From assembly GCF_000143415.4 (NCBI RefSeq), contig NW_003314270.1:186001-250000 (forward strand): a stretch of 64,000 nt of DNA, given 5' to 3'. Positions 50,445-63,150 of the stretch are shown here, piece after piece. How positions within the stretch are numbered: position 1 is the stretch's first letter; each line of letters opens with the position of its first letter. The DNA is from Selaginella moellendorffii (taxonomy: Eukaryota; Plantae; Lycopodiophyta). A model generated the notes under the pieces. That model searched no databases, was not told the origin of the DNA, and saw only the letters and a list, made by a program, of their open reading frames with translations. The translations under genes and the position numbers were made by a program.

Positions 50445-51488
50445 CTAGCACGAGGATCGAATTTCACCATGCCCTGCTGTGATTGGCGAGAGGTTGCCCA
50501 TTTTGATCATGCCATCAGCGAAGGCGGTAAAGAATGTCTGCTGGTTGGCCGCAAACTCCTTGACAAAGCCCACCAGATCAATCTCCAAGAGCTGCTGGTC
50601 TGAAAAGAGGAGCGACTGATTGGCCAGGAGAGCTCGAAAGTACAAGTTGTCGAAGGTGGTGGGGGATGGATCCAAATTGGTCAATCTGTCTGGGGCTGTT
50701 GGAGGGCAATTCTTCTCGAGTCGAGATTTGAAGGCCCGATCGATGCTATCTCCTGGGGTTCCATTGAAGAGGCGTGCGCTAAATGTAAAGCACTTGGCCT
50801 GGCCGATGGAATGGCCTCCTGCAAGTGCTACGAGATCACGCTTGGAAAGACCCCGCCTTTGGAAGCGCTCGATGAGCTGCGTTGCGGTGAGGTTTGGGCT
50901 GGGAATGGCCTCCATTGCGGCGGCGACGGTCGCGGGACTGTCCCGTCGGCCAAATTCTACTGTCCATGAAGGGCCGCCCAGCTGCAAAGTCGAAAGAGAA
51001 TGATCAACTCAAGCCGCGATGGAGATTCTCACTCACGGCTATGACGGATTCCCGGGCGCTCAGCGCAAGAATGTCCGCGCACGATACTGTTGCCGGGCAT
51101 GAAGTCTCCACGGCGCGCTTGACGTTGTTGATGGTTTTGAGTCCCTTGGCGGAGCGCCCATCTCCTCGCTGGAGGAGCAGCGATCCGTCGCAGCCCTGGC
51201 AGCCATAAATGAGTAACGCTATTTTAATTTCTGACTTACTCGAGAGAAGCAATCTCGGAAGTGGAGCTTGAGGATCGACGCAGCAGATCGACTGTCGTTG
51301 GAAAATTCAGAGCGAATCACACTTCTCACGATCTGAGGGAGATCGGGACAAGTGTTAGCATAGAAAGAAGTTGAGAGCTCCAATGACATTGTTGGCGATC
51401 CCTGGCGAAATGCATAGCGCCGCAGCAGTGCTAGCACCAGCAGTAATGCTGCAGAGACGACTGGAGCCTGGAATTTGGATCGCTGCAT
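50445..51488 (-). CDS. Class III secretory peroxidase-like protein with substituted distal residues (3 exons)
   Basis: LSTSFYANTCP, KLHFRDCF, GCDGSLLL, CPATVSCADILALSAR, GGPSWTVEFGRRDS, LVALAGGHSIG, FDNLYF, MIKMGNL...GEIRSSC. Confidence 0.9.
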
Positions 51489-53149
51489 TTTGATCAGTAA
51501 AACTTCCCTCCACTCCTCTTTGCAAACGAAGAAGTTTTGGCTTCTTTTTATACTGAGTCCCAACTATTGTACATGTCATGCCCCTCATAGCCATATTACC
51601 AGGGGTACCCCACAGTGTGGGTCCACCCGGGAATACCCTTATTGGGACATTCAGAATCCACATTTTTGCTTACTGGGACATTCAGAATCCACATTTTTTT
51701 CTCCAAGTAGAATGTGGGGGATGCCATGGTAAGTTCAATGTTTCAATGCATTCAAGCTAAAAAACATTTTTAAGGAAAATTTGGATTTAGACATTGTAGA
51801 AACTCCACAAGTAAATATTTTATGTGATTTTAAACATATAAGTATTGTGTAATCTATGTAACAATCACTCTCTCAACTACCCCTAGGACTTCTTTTGAAA
51901 CATAAAAGCTAAGCAATATTAGTTTTTCAATTTGAAACTTTTAATTTTTTCTATCTCATTTCTTTTTTATACATATTTCAACTGGTTTTGGTGTTTTCAT
52001 CAAATTAACAATAAAGGATCTCACCACTAACCTAGCCCCTCCTTACACATAGTTTAATTACATCACAGCTTGTGTTACTATGCATAACATAATGATAATT
52101 AGTAGTGCTAGGTTTTAGGATGAGTGGGATGGTAAAAACTATGATTTAGGATATGATACTCAAGAAAACAATGTTGCTAGAAGTATTTCTAGATTTAAAT
52201 TTAGGAAGATTGTAATAGATTATATTTTAAGTTTTCATCAATAGAAAAAACTATATTCTCTTCCTAATCTACATTTCTAAACAATACAAAAAAGATAGTT
52301 TCTCATCCATCATTAAATTCATAGAACATGGGACGAGTTTAAAATTGGAGTATGGTATATATTGCCAAGAAACTCAAGTTTAAATTGTTTTGCCAGTAAT
52401 TTCTTGAAAAAAATCTTAAAGAAAAAGGAATGGAGTTTATTTGATGTGGAAAACATAATCAACTACTCTAAATTTTTTTCCTTTTGAGGAAGTTCTTACT
52501 CAAAAGACTTTTAGATGACACATTTTTTAATAGCGTGTCACAAGACATACATAAGCATGAAAATTGGACATTTATAACTCTTGTATTTGATTCCAGCTTA
52601 AAAAAAGTTAAAACCAATACTAACGAAGAATAAATTGAGGAATTATTCATCCAAATCTTACAAGGCTTTGATAGAGGCAAAATTATAGTTAAAACATTAT
52701 GCTATAAAGTATATTGTGTTGATCTAAAGTCATAATCTCAAAGGAAGGATTAATATAGCTGTTATTAATGCCATGCCTTGGCATACCCTGTCTGCTTCTC
52801 CTCACTTTGCAATCATCATCTTCACAGCATCCCTGAGGCCATGGCCAGCAGCAAGAGAGCGTCCACCTTACCTTCCCGTCTTCACTCCACGAAAGCCCTT
52901 TCTATTGCAGCACCTGGATCCATGCGGCTCTTGTTGAACTTCCGCCACGGTCTTCTTCGTCTTCTGCTGCTGCTTCACCTTGATTTTCTTGCCTCCGAGC
53001 AGCCTTGAGCAACTCTTCTTTTTCTTCAAGAATAGACTAAATGGGGCAACCTTTGCGCCCCGCTCTTATCTAGAGCCTCTGAGATTTGCGTTTGAGTGAA
53101 CATATTTTTTATGAGTTATACAAAATTGAGAGCTGGCTGGGTTTATGTT

Positions 53150-54736
53150 TCAAAAAATTGCCGAGCAAATACCTCTCACTGTGTCTGGAGTCGTTCGGCA
53201 GCAGCCACCAATCACATTAGCCCCAGCTCGCTTCCAGTTTTTGACAAACGCCATAAAATCCTTTTCACAATTCTCTTCATGCTGAAATAGGAAAAAAGAA
53301 GCAAATACTAGGAAACTATAGAAACTCTTTCTTGTACCTTCCAAAGTTTGGTCTTCGGGTCATATTGCTCTCCACTGTTAGGATAAACCACGATTGTTTT
53401 TGAGGTAGCCTGGTAAAAGTTTCAGGCATGAAATCAAGTCAAAGATTTTAAGGTACCTTGCGAGCTTCGTGAATAAGTCCTTCCACAAAATGTGGAGGAC
53501 AGCAGTTGATTCCCACAGCCACAACTTTGTCACACTTATCGAGCATGGCTATGGATTCCGAGAAGTTGTCTCCAGACACCACATTTTTCCCGTCTTTGGA
53601 GCTAAATGCTATCCATGCTGGTACGTCAATATCCTCCTCTCCGAGCAACTCGATAAAAGCCTGAGCAAAAAAAAACCGTGTTTTTTCCTTAGCAGTTTCT
53701 TATTCATAAATTATCAAACCTGAGCTTCGAGTTTGCTGGGAATTGTTTCGATGGCAAGTAAGTCTGGGCCGCAGCTGCTAAGAATTTGAAGCCTTCGTCG
53801 ATGGAAATCTTTGAGCTTTTTTAGAGTCATTCCTGGACCATAGTCACCGCTGGAACAAAGAAGTTTGATGCTTCCGAAAAGAGGTGGAAGAACTTTTAGA
53901 GTACCTATACTCGGAACCATCTGCTAGAAATGCTCCATAGCTTCCAATCGAAGCTGCGACTAGAGGACGATTAAATCTCTCAGCTCCTTGAGCTCTCTTT
54001 GTCCTCCAGAACCGATCCCGAGCTTCACAAGCCAGCGTCACGCTTTTGCGGAGAAGAGCCTCGCTTTCTTCCAGACTTATCCCACGAGACTGGAATCCCT
54101 GAAGTGTGGCCTGGACGAAACAACACCAACGCTTTCAATTTAAGAAAAAAAATCAAGGAGTTGAGGCTTTGAAGCAAGCTAACTTAACACTAGAAAGTCA
54201 AACAATAACTCAATCATCTAAAGCCGTGGACAAAAACAAGGAACTACTTCGTCAAGAAAAAAACAGAATCGAACTTTTAGAAATCGATAGAAAACAAAGT
54301 AAGCTCTGAACGAATCAAACAAGAAACAGGTTCGTATAAACTCAAGATAAGAGAAAATGCCGTAGGAAAGAGATTAGAAGGGAAACTTGAGATTTACCTG
54401 ATACGAGGATGTGACAAGAACTTCCGCTCCCGATTCCAAGTACTCCCAATGCACCTATCCAATCCAAAAGAAGACAATCACTCCCAAAACTCCAGCCAAA
54501 GCAAAGCAAAGATCTTTCCACCCATCCATCCAAACAAGAACCGCAAGAACAAAAAAAACCTTAGCGATGAGGCCCGGATTGGTGATGAGGCAGAGCGCGC
54601 TCCACAACGGATCGTTGAGGAGAGCGCCGTGCTTCTCCAGCTGCGTTGCAAATCCGCCATCCTTGACAACGCATCCCTTGTGCCGCACTAGCTCTTCCAA
54701 GCAATCGAAGCCGCCAGGCCTCGCATCAGACCCCAT
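53150..54736 (-). CDS. HMT: Homocysteine S-methyltransferase, multi-exon
   Basis: DGGFATQLEKHGALLNDPLWSA, AASIGSYGAFLADGSEY, DFHRRRLQIL...PDLLAIETIP, GINCC, YPNSGE, GANVIGGCCRTTP. Confidence 0.95.
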
Positions 54737-56418
54737 TGTCTATCTATTCTCTTCTCTAGGGCTCTAGAGCTTCTTCCAGCCTGCCTAGATCTATCAATCC
54801 TTCTTTTTCTTCTCCTACCTAGATATCTGTGTGTGATTTTATCTACATTTGTTGGCCACTTTTTCTCCACATTCTTCCATTCAAAGCAAGCGAAGGACGA
54901 CGTGTTGAACGCAGGGCAACTTTCAAGCCAGCGCAGGTTGCCGCCTGCCTGCCAGTCCGGTGTCAGAAGAAAATCAACACACAAATGGACTTTTTAGTGG
55001 GTTGGTAGCAGACTGTACCTGGTCATCCAAACGGCACTGTACCTGGTCAAAACGTGTGTCCAGATGAACAGCTGGCTGTTTTTTCAGTTGAATCTCTATC
55101 TCTTCTTCTTTTGCTACCACACTTCCAAAATAAGTTTATTTCTATCAGCTTATAATTTCAAGATACTAAACAAAGCATATGATCCAACTTTTCTTTCATG
55201 ACTTTTGGCTGTTTGTTGATGCACTTTGCTGCTTGTCTGCCACATCTTGGGTCCTTGTTTGTCCCTGTTCCTCAGATCGTTTATGAGCGAACGCACCAAC
55301 TCAATGCAACAGCGCCGCCGCAAAGTCGCTGGATATCCCAAGCAGCTTGAGATTTGCTAGAGCCACAATACAACAAAACAAATCGTATTAAAACAAGGGG
55401 ATGGTACAAGAAACTCTCAAACACGTCAAACATCGCTGATCTTCCGACGTGCATGCGCTAGAGCTCGAGGAATTGCCACGGCCGGGCTCGTTCTGGAGGC
55501 AGACGGAAAAGAGAAAAGCAGAGACTCCATCAGCACTGAAAACAGAAATTCGATACCAGTTGCTTACCTGAGCTGCGTCTCGCAAAGCCCCGGAGGCGAG
55601 CAATCACCGGCACCTTATTCTTTTCCGCGAACTCTCGACGCCAGCGGAAGCGCCGCCGCTCCATCGCTTATCTTGGACGAGCTGGCCAGCAGTTACCGGT
55701 TTTCAAGACCGGCAGAAGCTCCCGCATTTTATCCGGATCAAACTGGCATTAAACAGCCAGAAAAAAGCGTTCACTTGAAACACATCAATGAATTGAAAAG
55801 CAAAATACCCGGGAACACTCTTCAATGATACTGACGACAGAGACCTGTGCGCAAGATTCAGCATAAGCTCCCATCGTGTTGTTTGTGAAGGCCCATCACA
55901 AAACATGCTGTCCTTCATAGTCAAATCCTCCAGGAGCTTCTGTGAAGGATTCTGGCGTGGATTCGCCATGCTTTTCCATTCCGCCAGCCACGACGAGCTC
56001 ATCTGTTCCCAGTGCGATGCTTTGAGCAGCTAACATCACCGCTGTCGAAAATGCAGGAAACAATTCTTTACGAACTGTAACAAAGATATGAAAACTCTAC
56101 AAACCGTTCACAAACTTTGTCTCACAGTTGTGCGAATCGTCTTTGACGAAACTCCAGTTCGACACAACCATAGTTTGCATCAAGACGAGCAAGACTCACG
56201 ATTGTATTGAAGAGTCAAAGAGGAATAGACGAAGAGTAGCTTTGGAACAAGTTATTCACATAACTAACATTTAATCGCCGCTGCGCCCGAGCCCTCACGC
56301 GAGAGTAATGCCTGGCAGGCGCATGAAGAAACTAAGAACCCTAAATTCCAATGTAACATACACAAAAACAATATACACAACTATGATCGTCACCAAATGC
56401 TCTGCTAGAATCCTCTAT

Positions 56419-57051
56419 TTACACTCTCTTGCCATTCTCATTCTCACACAAATCATCTGGAATTGGGGCTACTAGTAGTGAGAGCTCATGCTTTTCTTGA
56501 TCTTGTCCGTGCTGGAAGTTATCATCGCCTAAGAAATGTGATGGCAATTGATAGGACACGAGTGATGCCTGGACTTGCAAGAACTTGGCGCGCTCAATCA
56601 CAACCCTGTACATCGCTTCCAGCGACTCGGCATGCTGCTTGAGCTCCTCGATTCCCATGCCACTCACATCCTCCTCCCACCACTGCAATCCCCGCCCTCC
56701 TCCTCCTCCTCCCGCGAACTCCCTCTGCAAGATGGCGTGCTTCTCATTCTCATTCTCCAGCTCCTGGAGCAATTCGTTGTACTGCTTCTCTAGCTGCCGG
56801 ATCCTCTCGATCTTCTCGCAATTCACCTGCACGGGCCGCTTGAGCGTCTTGTCGATCACGTAATCGATGCAGGGATGCCCGAAAGAGAAGGCCTTGCCCG
56901 CCTGCGAGAAGACGATGATCCCCACCTCGGAGCCACAGAGGATGGACAGCTCGCTCGCCTTCTTGATCAGACCCATGCGGCGCTTGGAGAAGCAAACCTG
57001 GCGGGCGCTGCGATTCTCGATCTTCTTGATCTCGATCTTGGCCCGCCCCAT
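56419..57051 (-). CDS. Type I (M-alpha-like) MADS-box transcription factor, single exon
   Basis: [40 protein letters not shown]...FSFGHP; no K-box exons; [14 protein letters not shown] motif typical of M-alpha proteins. Confidence 0.92.
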   Translation of the reverse strand: MGRAKIEIKKIENRSARQVCFSKRRMGLIKKASELSILCGSEVGIIVFSQAGKAFSFGHPCIDYVIDKTLKRPVQVNCEKIERIRQLEKQYNELLQELENENEKHAILQREFAGGGGGGRGLQWWEEDVSGMGIEELKQHAESLEAMYRVVIERAKFLQVQASLVSYQLPSHFLGDDNFQHGQDQEKHELSLLVAPIPDDLCENENGKRV

Positions 57052-57180
57052 GTCCAAATTCACAAGAGATTGACGATTGAATCGATTGGATCACAGCTCA
57101 AGAACGAATCCTCTCGCCAATGCCAAAGAATCGCTCCAAAACTCGCCCAAAATCACCGCGCACTGTGAGCTCGTCCACCG

Positions 57181-57189
57181 CCACGTGGC
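57181..57189. promoter_or_regulatory. G-box in the short divergent MADS/PPR promoter
   Basis: CCACGTGGC within the 314-bp intergenic region between head-to-head genes. Confidence 0.4.
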
Positions 57190-57365
57190 AGTAGCTTCCA
57201 CACTTGGCTCCCATCTGGCTATGGCGGACATACTAAACTGGAAGAGATTTCCTTGCGATTCTGGGAGAAAAGCGCGTCAGGGTAAAAATAGTAAATCCGA
57301 AGGGGTAAAACAACTTTTAACTTTTTTAGGGCTGTTGAGGTTTAGGGTTCTTGCGGCAAGGATGA

Positions 57366-59977
57366 ATGGGAACGATTGAATCTCCACTTCCTCTGAAGAA
57401 ATCCACGCCGCCATCGCATCCTCTCACGAAATGGCAGCAGCAGCAGCAGAATTCTTCAAGCAATCGAGCGAATTCCTTCGGTGAGCGTGAGAGCTTGCAC
57501 AAATCCATTCAGCTCCTAGAGTCGCGCGAATTGGAACTCGATCCCGTCGGCTATGCTGCGCTCATCCGCCGCTGCGGCGCCGCCAATGCCATCTCCGCCG
57601 CGCGCCGCCTCCATTCTCACATTCTCTCCCTCCCGCACAGCAATTCGCAGCCCCCATTTCTCGCCAATCTCCTCATCGAGATGTACGGCAAGTGTGGCCG
57701 GCTGCCGTACGCGCGCGAGCTCTTCGAATCCATGCCTTCCAGGAACGTCCACACCTGGACCGTGGCGATGGCAGCCTTCTCCCACAATGGCTGCCACAGC
57801 GAGGCGCTCGTCTTCTTCCGGCGGATGTACCAGTCCGGGGAGAGGCCCGATCGAGTGACTTTCAGCGTGATCTTAGCAGCGATCGCGCAGATGGGCGCGG
57901 CCGCGATCGATCAGGGGAGGGAGATCCATCGGTACGCGCGGATCAGTGGGCTGCTGCCCAATGTGGTGGTGGGCACTGCGGTGATCAGCATGTATGGCAA
58001 GTGTGGCCGATTGGACGACGCGAGGGCGGCCTTCGAGGAGCTCCAGTGGAAGAACTCGGTGACTTGGAACGCGATGATGACGAACTACAAGCTGGATGGG
58101 AGGGATCGCGAGGCCCTGGAGCTCTTCCGGGAGATGTGCGAGCGCTCGAGGAGCGCGAGGCCAGATAAGTTTAGCTTTAGCATCGCGATCGAGGCTTGTT
58201 CTAACTTGGAGGACTTGGAACAGGGGAGGGAGATCCATGAGATGCTTCGCAGGGAGGGAAAGGAGCTCCACAAGGTAGAGTTTTCTTCTTTCTCTTGTTC
58301 TTCTAGTTTTTTTATAAATTCTTTTCTAGTTTTCTTCGAAGTTCTAAGTTCTAGTTTCCTTCCAAGATCTCGTTGTTCTTCTAGTTTTCTTGCAAGTTCT
58401 CTTTTGTTTTCGTTTGTTCTTCTAGTTTTCTTCTAAGTTCTCGTTTGTTTCTTTCAAGTTCTCGTTTGTTTACTTCTAAGTTCTCGTTTGCTCTTCTAGT
58501 TTTCTTCCAAGTTCTCGCTTAGTTTCTTCTAAGTTCTCGTTTGTTCTAGTTTTCTTCTTTCTCTTGTTCTCTTGTTCTCGTCTTTCTCTTGTTCTTCTAG
58601 TTTTCTTCTTTCTCTTTTGTAATCTTCAATGACAACTTCCACTTCCAGGACGTGGTGGTTGGCACCGCATTGCTCAACATGTACAGCAAGTGTGGAGATC
58701 TGGAAGAAGCCCGCAAAGTCTTCGACTCGATCAGGCACGACGCCGATTCAGTCTGCTGGAACGCGATGATCGCCGCCTACGCGCAGCACGGCCGAGGCAA
58801 GCAAGCACTCGACCTCTACAGATCCATGCACGACACCACCGATCTAGCACCGAAGCAGGGCACTTTCGTCACGGTGATCGACGTCTGCGCGGAGCTCTCG
58901 GCGCTCAAGCAAGGCCGCGCCATCCACGCCAGGGTCCGAGCCACGAACTTCGACGCCAACTTGCTCGTCTCCAACGCACTCGTTCACATGTACGGGAAGT
59001 GTGGCTGTCTGGACGAAGCTCTCGACGTCTTCCACTCCATGAAGCTCAAGGACGAGATCTCGTGGAACACCATCATCTCCTCGTACGCTTACCACGGCCA
59101 CAGCGATCAAGCGCTGCTGCTCTACCAGGAGATGGATCTCCAAGGTGTGAAGCCGACCGAGGTGACCTTCGTCGGGCTTCTCTCGGCTTGCAGCCATGGC
59201 GGCCTCGTCGCCGACGGCCTCGACTACTTCTACCGCATGCAAGACGACCACCGGATCAAACCGAGCGTCCCACACTTCGGCTGCATCATCGATCTCCTCG
59301 GACGAGGAGGGAGGCTGGCGGAGGCCGAGCTGGTGCTCAAGTCGATGCCGATACAAGCCAACGCCGTGCAGTGGATGTCGCTGCTCGGGGCTTGCAAGAC
59401 GCACGGAGATCTCAAGCGAGGGGTGAGAGCCGCGGATCAAGTGGTGGACAGGGTGCCGTGGACTTCCGGGGGATACGTCTTGCTCTCCAACATCTACGCC
59501 GCGGCCGGGCGGTGGAAGGACGTGGAGAAGATCCGGAAGATCATGGCTGCGCGGGGCGTGAAGAAGAGCCCCGGGAAGAGCTGGATAGAGATCGGGGACG
59601 TGGTGCATGAGTTCGTGTCCGGGGATAGCTCACATCCACAGGGGGAGGAGATTTACGTGGAGCTGGGAAAGATGGTGGAGGAGATGAAAGGGCTGGGATA
59701 CGTGCCCGATACGAGCAGCGTATTTCACGACTTAGAGGAGGAGGAGAAGGAGGATTTGCTGGTTTGCCACAGCGAGAAGCTGGCGATTGTCTATGGGAAT
59801 ATGGTGGTGCCTGGGAAGTCGATGCTGAGGATCGTGAAGAACTTGAGGGTGTGCTTGGATTGTCACACCGCTACCAAGTTTATGTCGAGGATTACCGGGA
59901 GGAAGATCGTTGTGAGGGACGCTGCGCGGTTTCATTTGTTTGAGAATGGTAGCTGTTCTTGCAGGGACTACTGGTAG
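57366..59977 (+). CDS. PLS-class DYW PPR protein (organellar C-to-U RNA editing factor); exons 57366-58274 and 58649-59977
   Basis: PLS repeats, PGKSWIE, HSEKLA, KNLRVCLDCH, terminal CSCRDYW; a phase-0 GT-AG intron joins ...ELHK|DVVVGTALL. Confidence 0.95.
58275..58648 (+). repeat. Pyrimidine-rich minisatellite forming the PPR intron
   Basis: Repeated ttctagttttct and aagttctcgtttgtt units fill the intron. Confidence 0.8.
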
Positions 59978-60822
59978 ATTGATCATATCATATCAACTTT
60001 TAGTAACTATCAAACTTACAGGAACATTGCTTGAGTGGATTGATCTTTCTCTCGGAGTTTAGAAAACAAGGAGCTCAAGGCTTTGAACCGATAACTTGTG
60101 CTCCAAGCTCGCCGACGCTTTGGTGGAGAGGCCTTCTCAGTATGCTCGAAGAGTGGGGCCTCATTCTCAGAAACATGCATCACTTGCTCAATTCACTCAG
60201 AACACACCAGGTTTGGCAACAAAATCCCTCAATTTTTCCTTTTTTTTCTTGTTCTCCAGGCTAGAGCGACACTCAAATGCATAAACGAAGAAGCTCGCAA
60301 GTAAGCATTTGGATTCATCTTTTCGTGTTCATATTTCTTTCTCTTTGATTCTGTCAGGAGGGCAAGATTAATCCTAGCTGCCACACTAGAAATATTACCC
60401 AGCAAAGAATGCTGTGAGCTGTTTTCTCCGTGGTGTTCATGAATTGTGCACTTGATGATCCTGGAGAGAGCACCACAAAGCAACCCGGCTCTTTCCTAAT
60501 TGTTTTCATTTTCGATCCATCCAGATAGATTAATGTAATTTTATATCAACTGTTAGACAACATCCAAACGAGCCGCTCGAACCTCAGTCATCCTTGTAAT
60601 CTGTGTAGTTGCCCTCCGGACAATTGCAGTAGGGGACTGTGCCTTCATTTTCATCCTCCGGACCAATGCAGAACACAACAGCTAAAGCATACGGTGAACA
60701 TCGTTTCCATAAAAGAGGCCAGCTCCACCAATCTGTTGGGAAACTAGAAAGTTAGAGCAACAAAACAATGTAGAGATCAAAAAGAAAAAAATGACCAACC
60801 AACCCTTCCCAAAGCCACGTAA

Positions 60823-61800
60823 TCAATTTCCTGTTTGGTTCATCAGATGCCGGAAACATAGAATTGAACTCCACTCTTGCACCTCCAAAGATAGCATAAA
60901 TCCCAGACAATCCTGGCTAACATAGATATCCTTCTTTTCTTTTGGTTTTTCTTCCCATAATTGAACCACAAGTGGATTAAGTTTAGCAGCCCAAAAGAGG
61001 ACGGCATCCTCCCCTGTCAACATGTAAGCCATTTCCTCACACGTCCTCCTTTCACCTTCGTTGAGAGGATATCTGTGCCCACAGGGGAATCCCACCAGCA
61101 GCCATCTGCTACTCCTTTTAGACTTGAGCTTCAGAAACTCTTAGTAGATTGTAGAGCCAGTATGATCAGCTAAACTGGACAACGATAGGGATTTTACCCC
61201 GTTGCTGTAAAGATTGTATGTCAACGTGGGCCTGTATCCCGATTTAACTTCCTCCACTTCATGCTTGCAGTCAGTGGATATTGATACTTCTCTTGTTCTC
61301 GTCGATTTGAAGTGTCTCCTCCACCTTTCCATGTCGCACTACAAGTCTCCCACCACTGTGATTACCTGGAGGCTGACTGGAAATGTAATCTGCATGAAGT
61401 CGACATTTTCAAGGTGAAAGCATCTCGTTTAGCATCCCGCTTGTTAGAACCATTCTTCTGTCGCGGCTTCTTCCCAGCTCAGGACCAAAGATGCAACGAG
61501 GCCATCCCGCGGTGTATATACGTGTGTTTTAAAATAGTCCTCAGCTCGGTACAGAGTCAGCTTGTGCAGCTCAGCCCTGAGGCTGGTTGCGTTTGGGACT
61601 AGTGTGTCCCTCACTATGTCCAAAATCTCGTAGTTTGCTGGATGGAAGTCTGTCACAAACTCTTCAGGATTGAGCTTGACTGACTTGCGATAGCTCGGAT
61701 CATAAACATCCGAATCACCTGAAAGTCATGAAGTTCTCTTAACATAATTCAATGTCTCATGCAGAGCATCTGCCTTTTCCAAATGGTGCATTACTGCACT
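60823..61800 (-). pseudogene. 2OG-Fe(II) oxygenase-like remnant
   Basis: APFGKG, VYDPSYRKS, AELHKLTLY...FKTHVYTPR...ASLVL, DCKHEVEEVKSGYRPTLTYNLY, GFPCGHRYP. HxD is changed to HVY, and stops interrupt the middle. Confidence 0.65.
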
Positions 61801-62099
61801 CACAAGCAAGCTTCTCAATCTCCACCGGAAGTGTGATAGAAATCAGGCACTACATGAACAATATGGATAGTACTGGTTGAAAACAGCATTATATCTACTC
61901 ACCTGCTGCTTTGTTGAGTATACAATTCGTATGTCATCAATTTCGAACTGGTTGGCCTGGAGGAAGCTCAGGTAATGTGGACTCATCCTCAAACGGTGGA
62001 ACAAACTTGATTGCTTGAACAAGCTTTTTATCAGCTTCGGAACGTGCTATTCTTACTCGTGGATCAGACGGCACATTCTTCCTATACCTGGAAGGTAAG

Positions 62100-63150
62100 T
62101 TCATGAGCAGAAGGAGCTCCAACTTCGATGAGTGAGGATAATGGAAACGAAGCTTTCTATGTCGGTAGCTTTCTTTGCCGCATGACAGTCTCTGGCCACC
62201 CTTTCCAAAGACGGCATTCTCAGAGAACTTGTTTGAGAATTTGGTATAATCTGCCACAAATTAAGAACCATCTTAGAAACCAACTGCCAACCAAAAAATG
62301 GCTTATACCTCGACAATGTTGCCAATAAACAAATCTCGAACATGAAAGGCATGAACAGCGGTAATATCTTTGATGCGTGAAGCGTCTTTGACAGAGGGAT
62401 GTCGTACGCGAGCCATGAGCCGAACAGATGAGCTTAGCCTCAAGCTATGCAGCTGGTTCAATCCTCCATTACTACTAACATCCACATCCAGGACTTCAAG
62501 GTTCGGAGCATTCAGTTTAACGCTTTTGTCATGACGTTCAACTCCAAGAAACTTGAGACTGGAACTGTGGAGCATGAATTCGTAGAGCAGAGAATCTTGG
62601 CCAGTAGAGCACAAGCATCTCTAGAGCAGGGCATGAACTCACACACTAGGACAACTTCTTGGATTTTCCGTAGCCAGCTGATTTCACCTTCAAGCAGCAG
62701 CGAACGAATCCGGGAAGCTTGACTTCTCGAGGATACGTACCTATTCACAGGAAATCGAGAAAGAGTGTAACTTCGGGCACGCTGCAGCCACCTTACAGCT
62801 GAAAGACCATGGTATGCCGCCGTCGGAAATATAAAAGTCTAAAATCTCAAGTCACTGTGATGCACGAGAGTGTAAATTGTTCAAAAGCTATGAAGGAAAG
62901 GAACAGACACAAAACGAAACCTGCTTGAAAGAAGCTTAGAAATACTGACAGGCGGTGTGTTGATGCGGAGACGGCGAAGGCCAGGCCTTTCACGCAGGGT
63001 GCTGCACAAAGCAGCCTCGATCACCTCGGGAACGTCGGGAAACTTGCGCAAAAAGTTGAGCTCCAGTCTAGGCATGTAGCTGCTCCACTGCTTGCACACT
63101 TGACCTAGCTCCAATGCTCGATCCTGACTCCCGAACAGCAGTTCATGCGG
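62100..63150 (-). pseudogene. Degraded F-box/LRR-like gene fragments
   Basis: LELGQVCKQW (F-box-like), LRRLRI, LNAPNLEVLDVD and LHSLRL in broken frames. Confidence 0.35.

Noticed and set aside
51575-52740. AT-rich block with a duplicated gggacattcagaatccacattttt
   Set aside because: Probably a transposon remnant, but no termini, TSD or coding motif could be established.
55150-56170. Possible multi-exon gene fragments on the minus strand
   Set aside because: Splice-like signals are present, but I found no recognisable family or consistent frame.
58690-59610. 306-aa and 254-aa overlapping ORFs
   Set aside because: Alternate-frame or antisense products of the GC-rich PPR exon.
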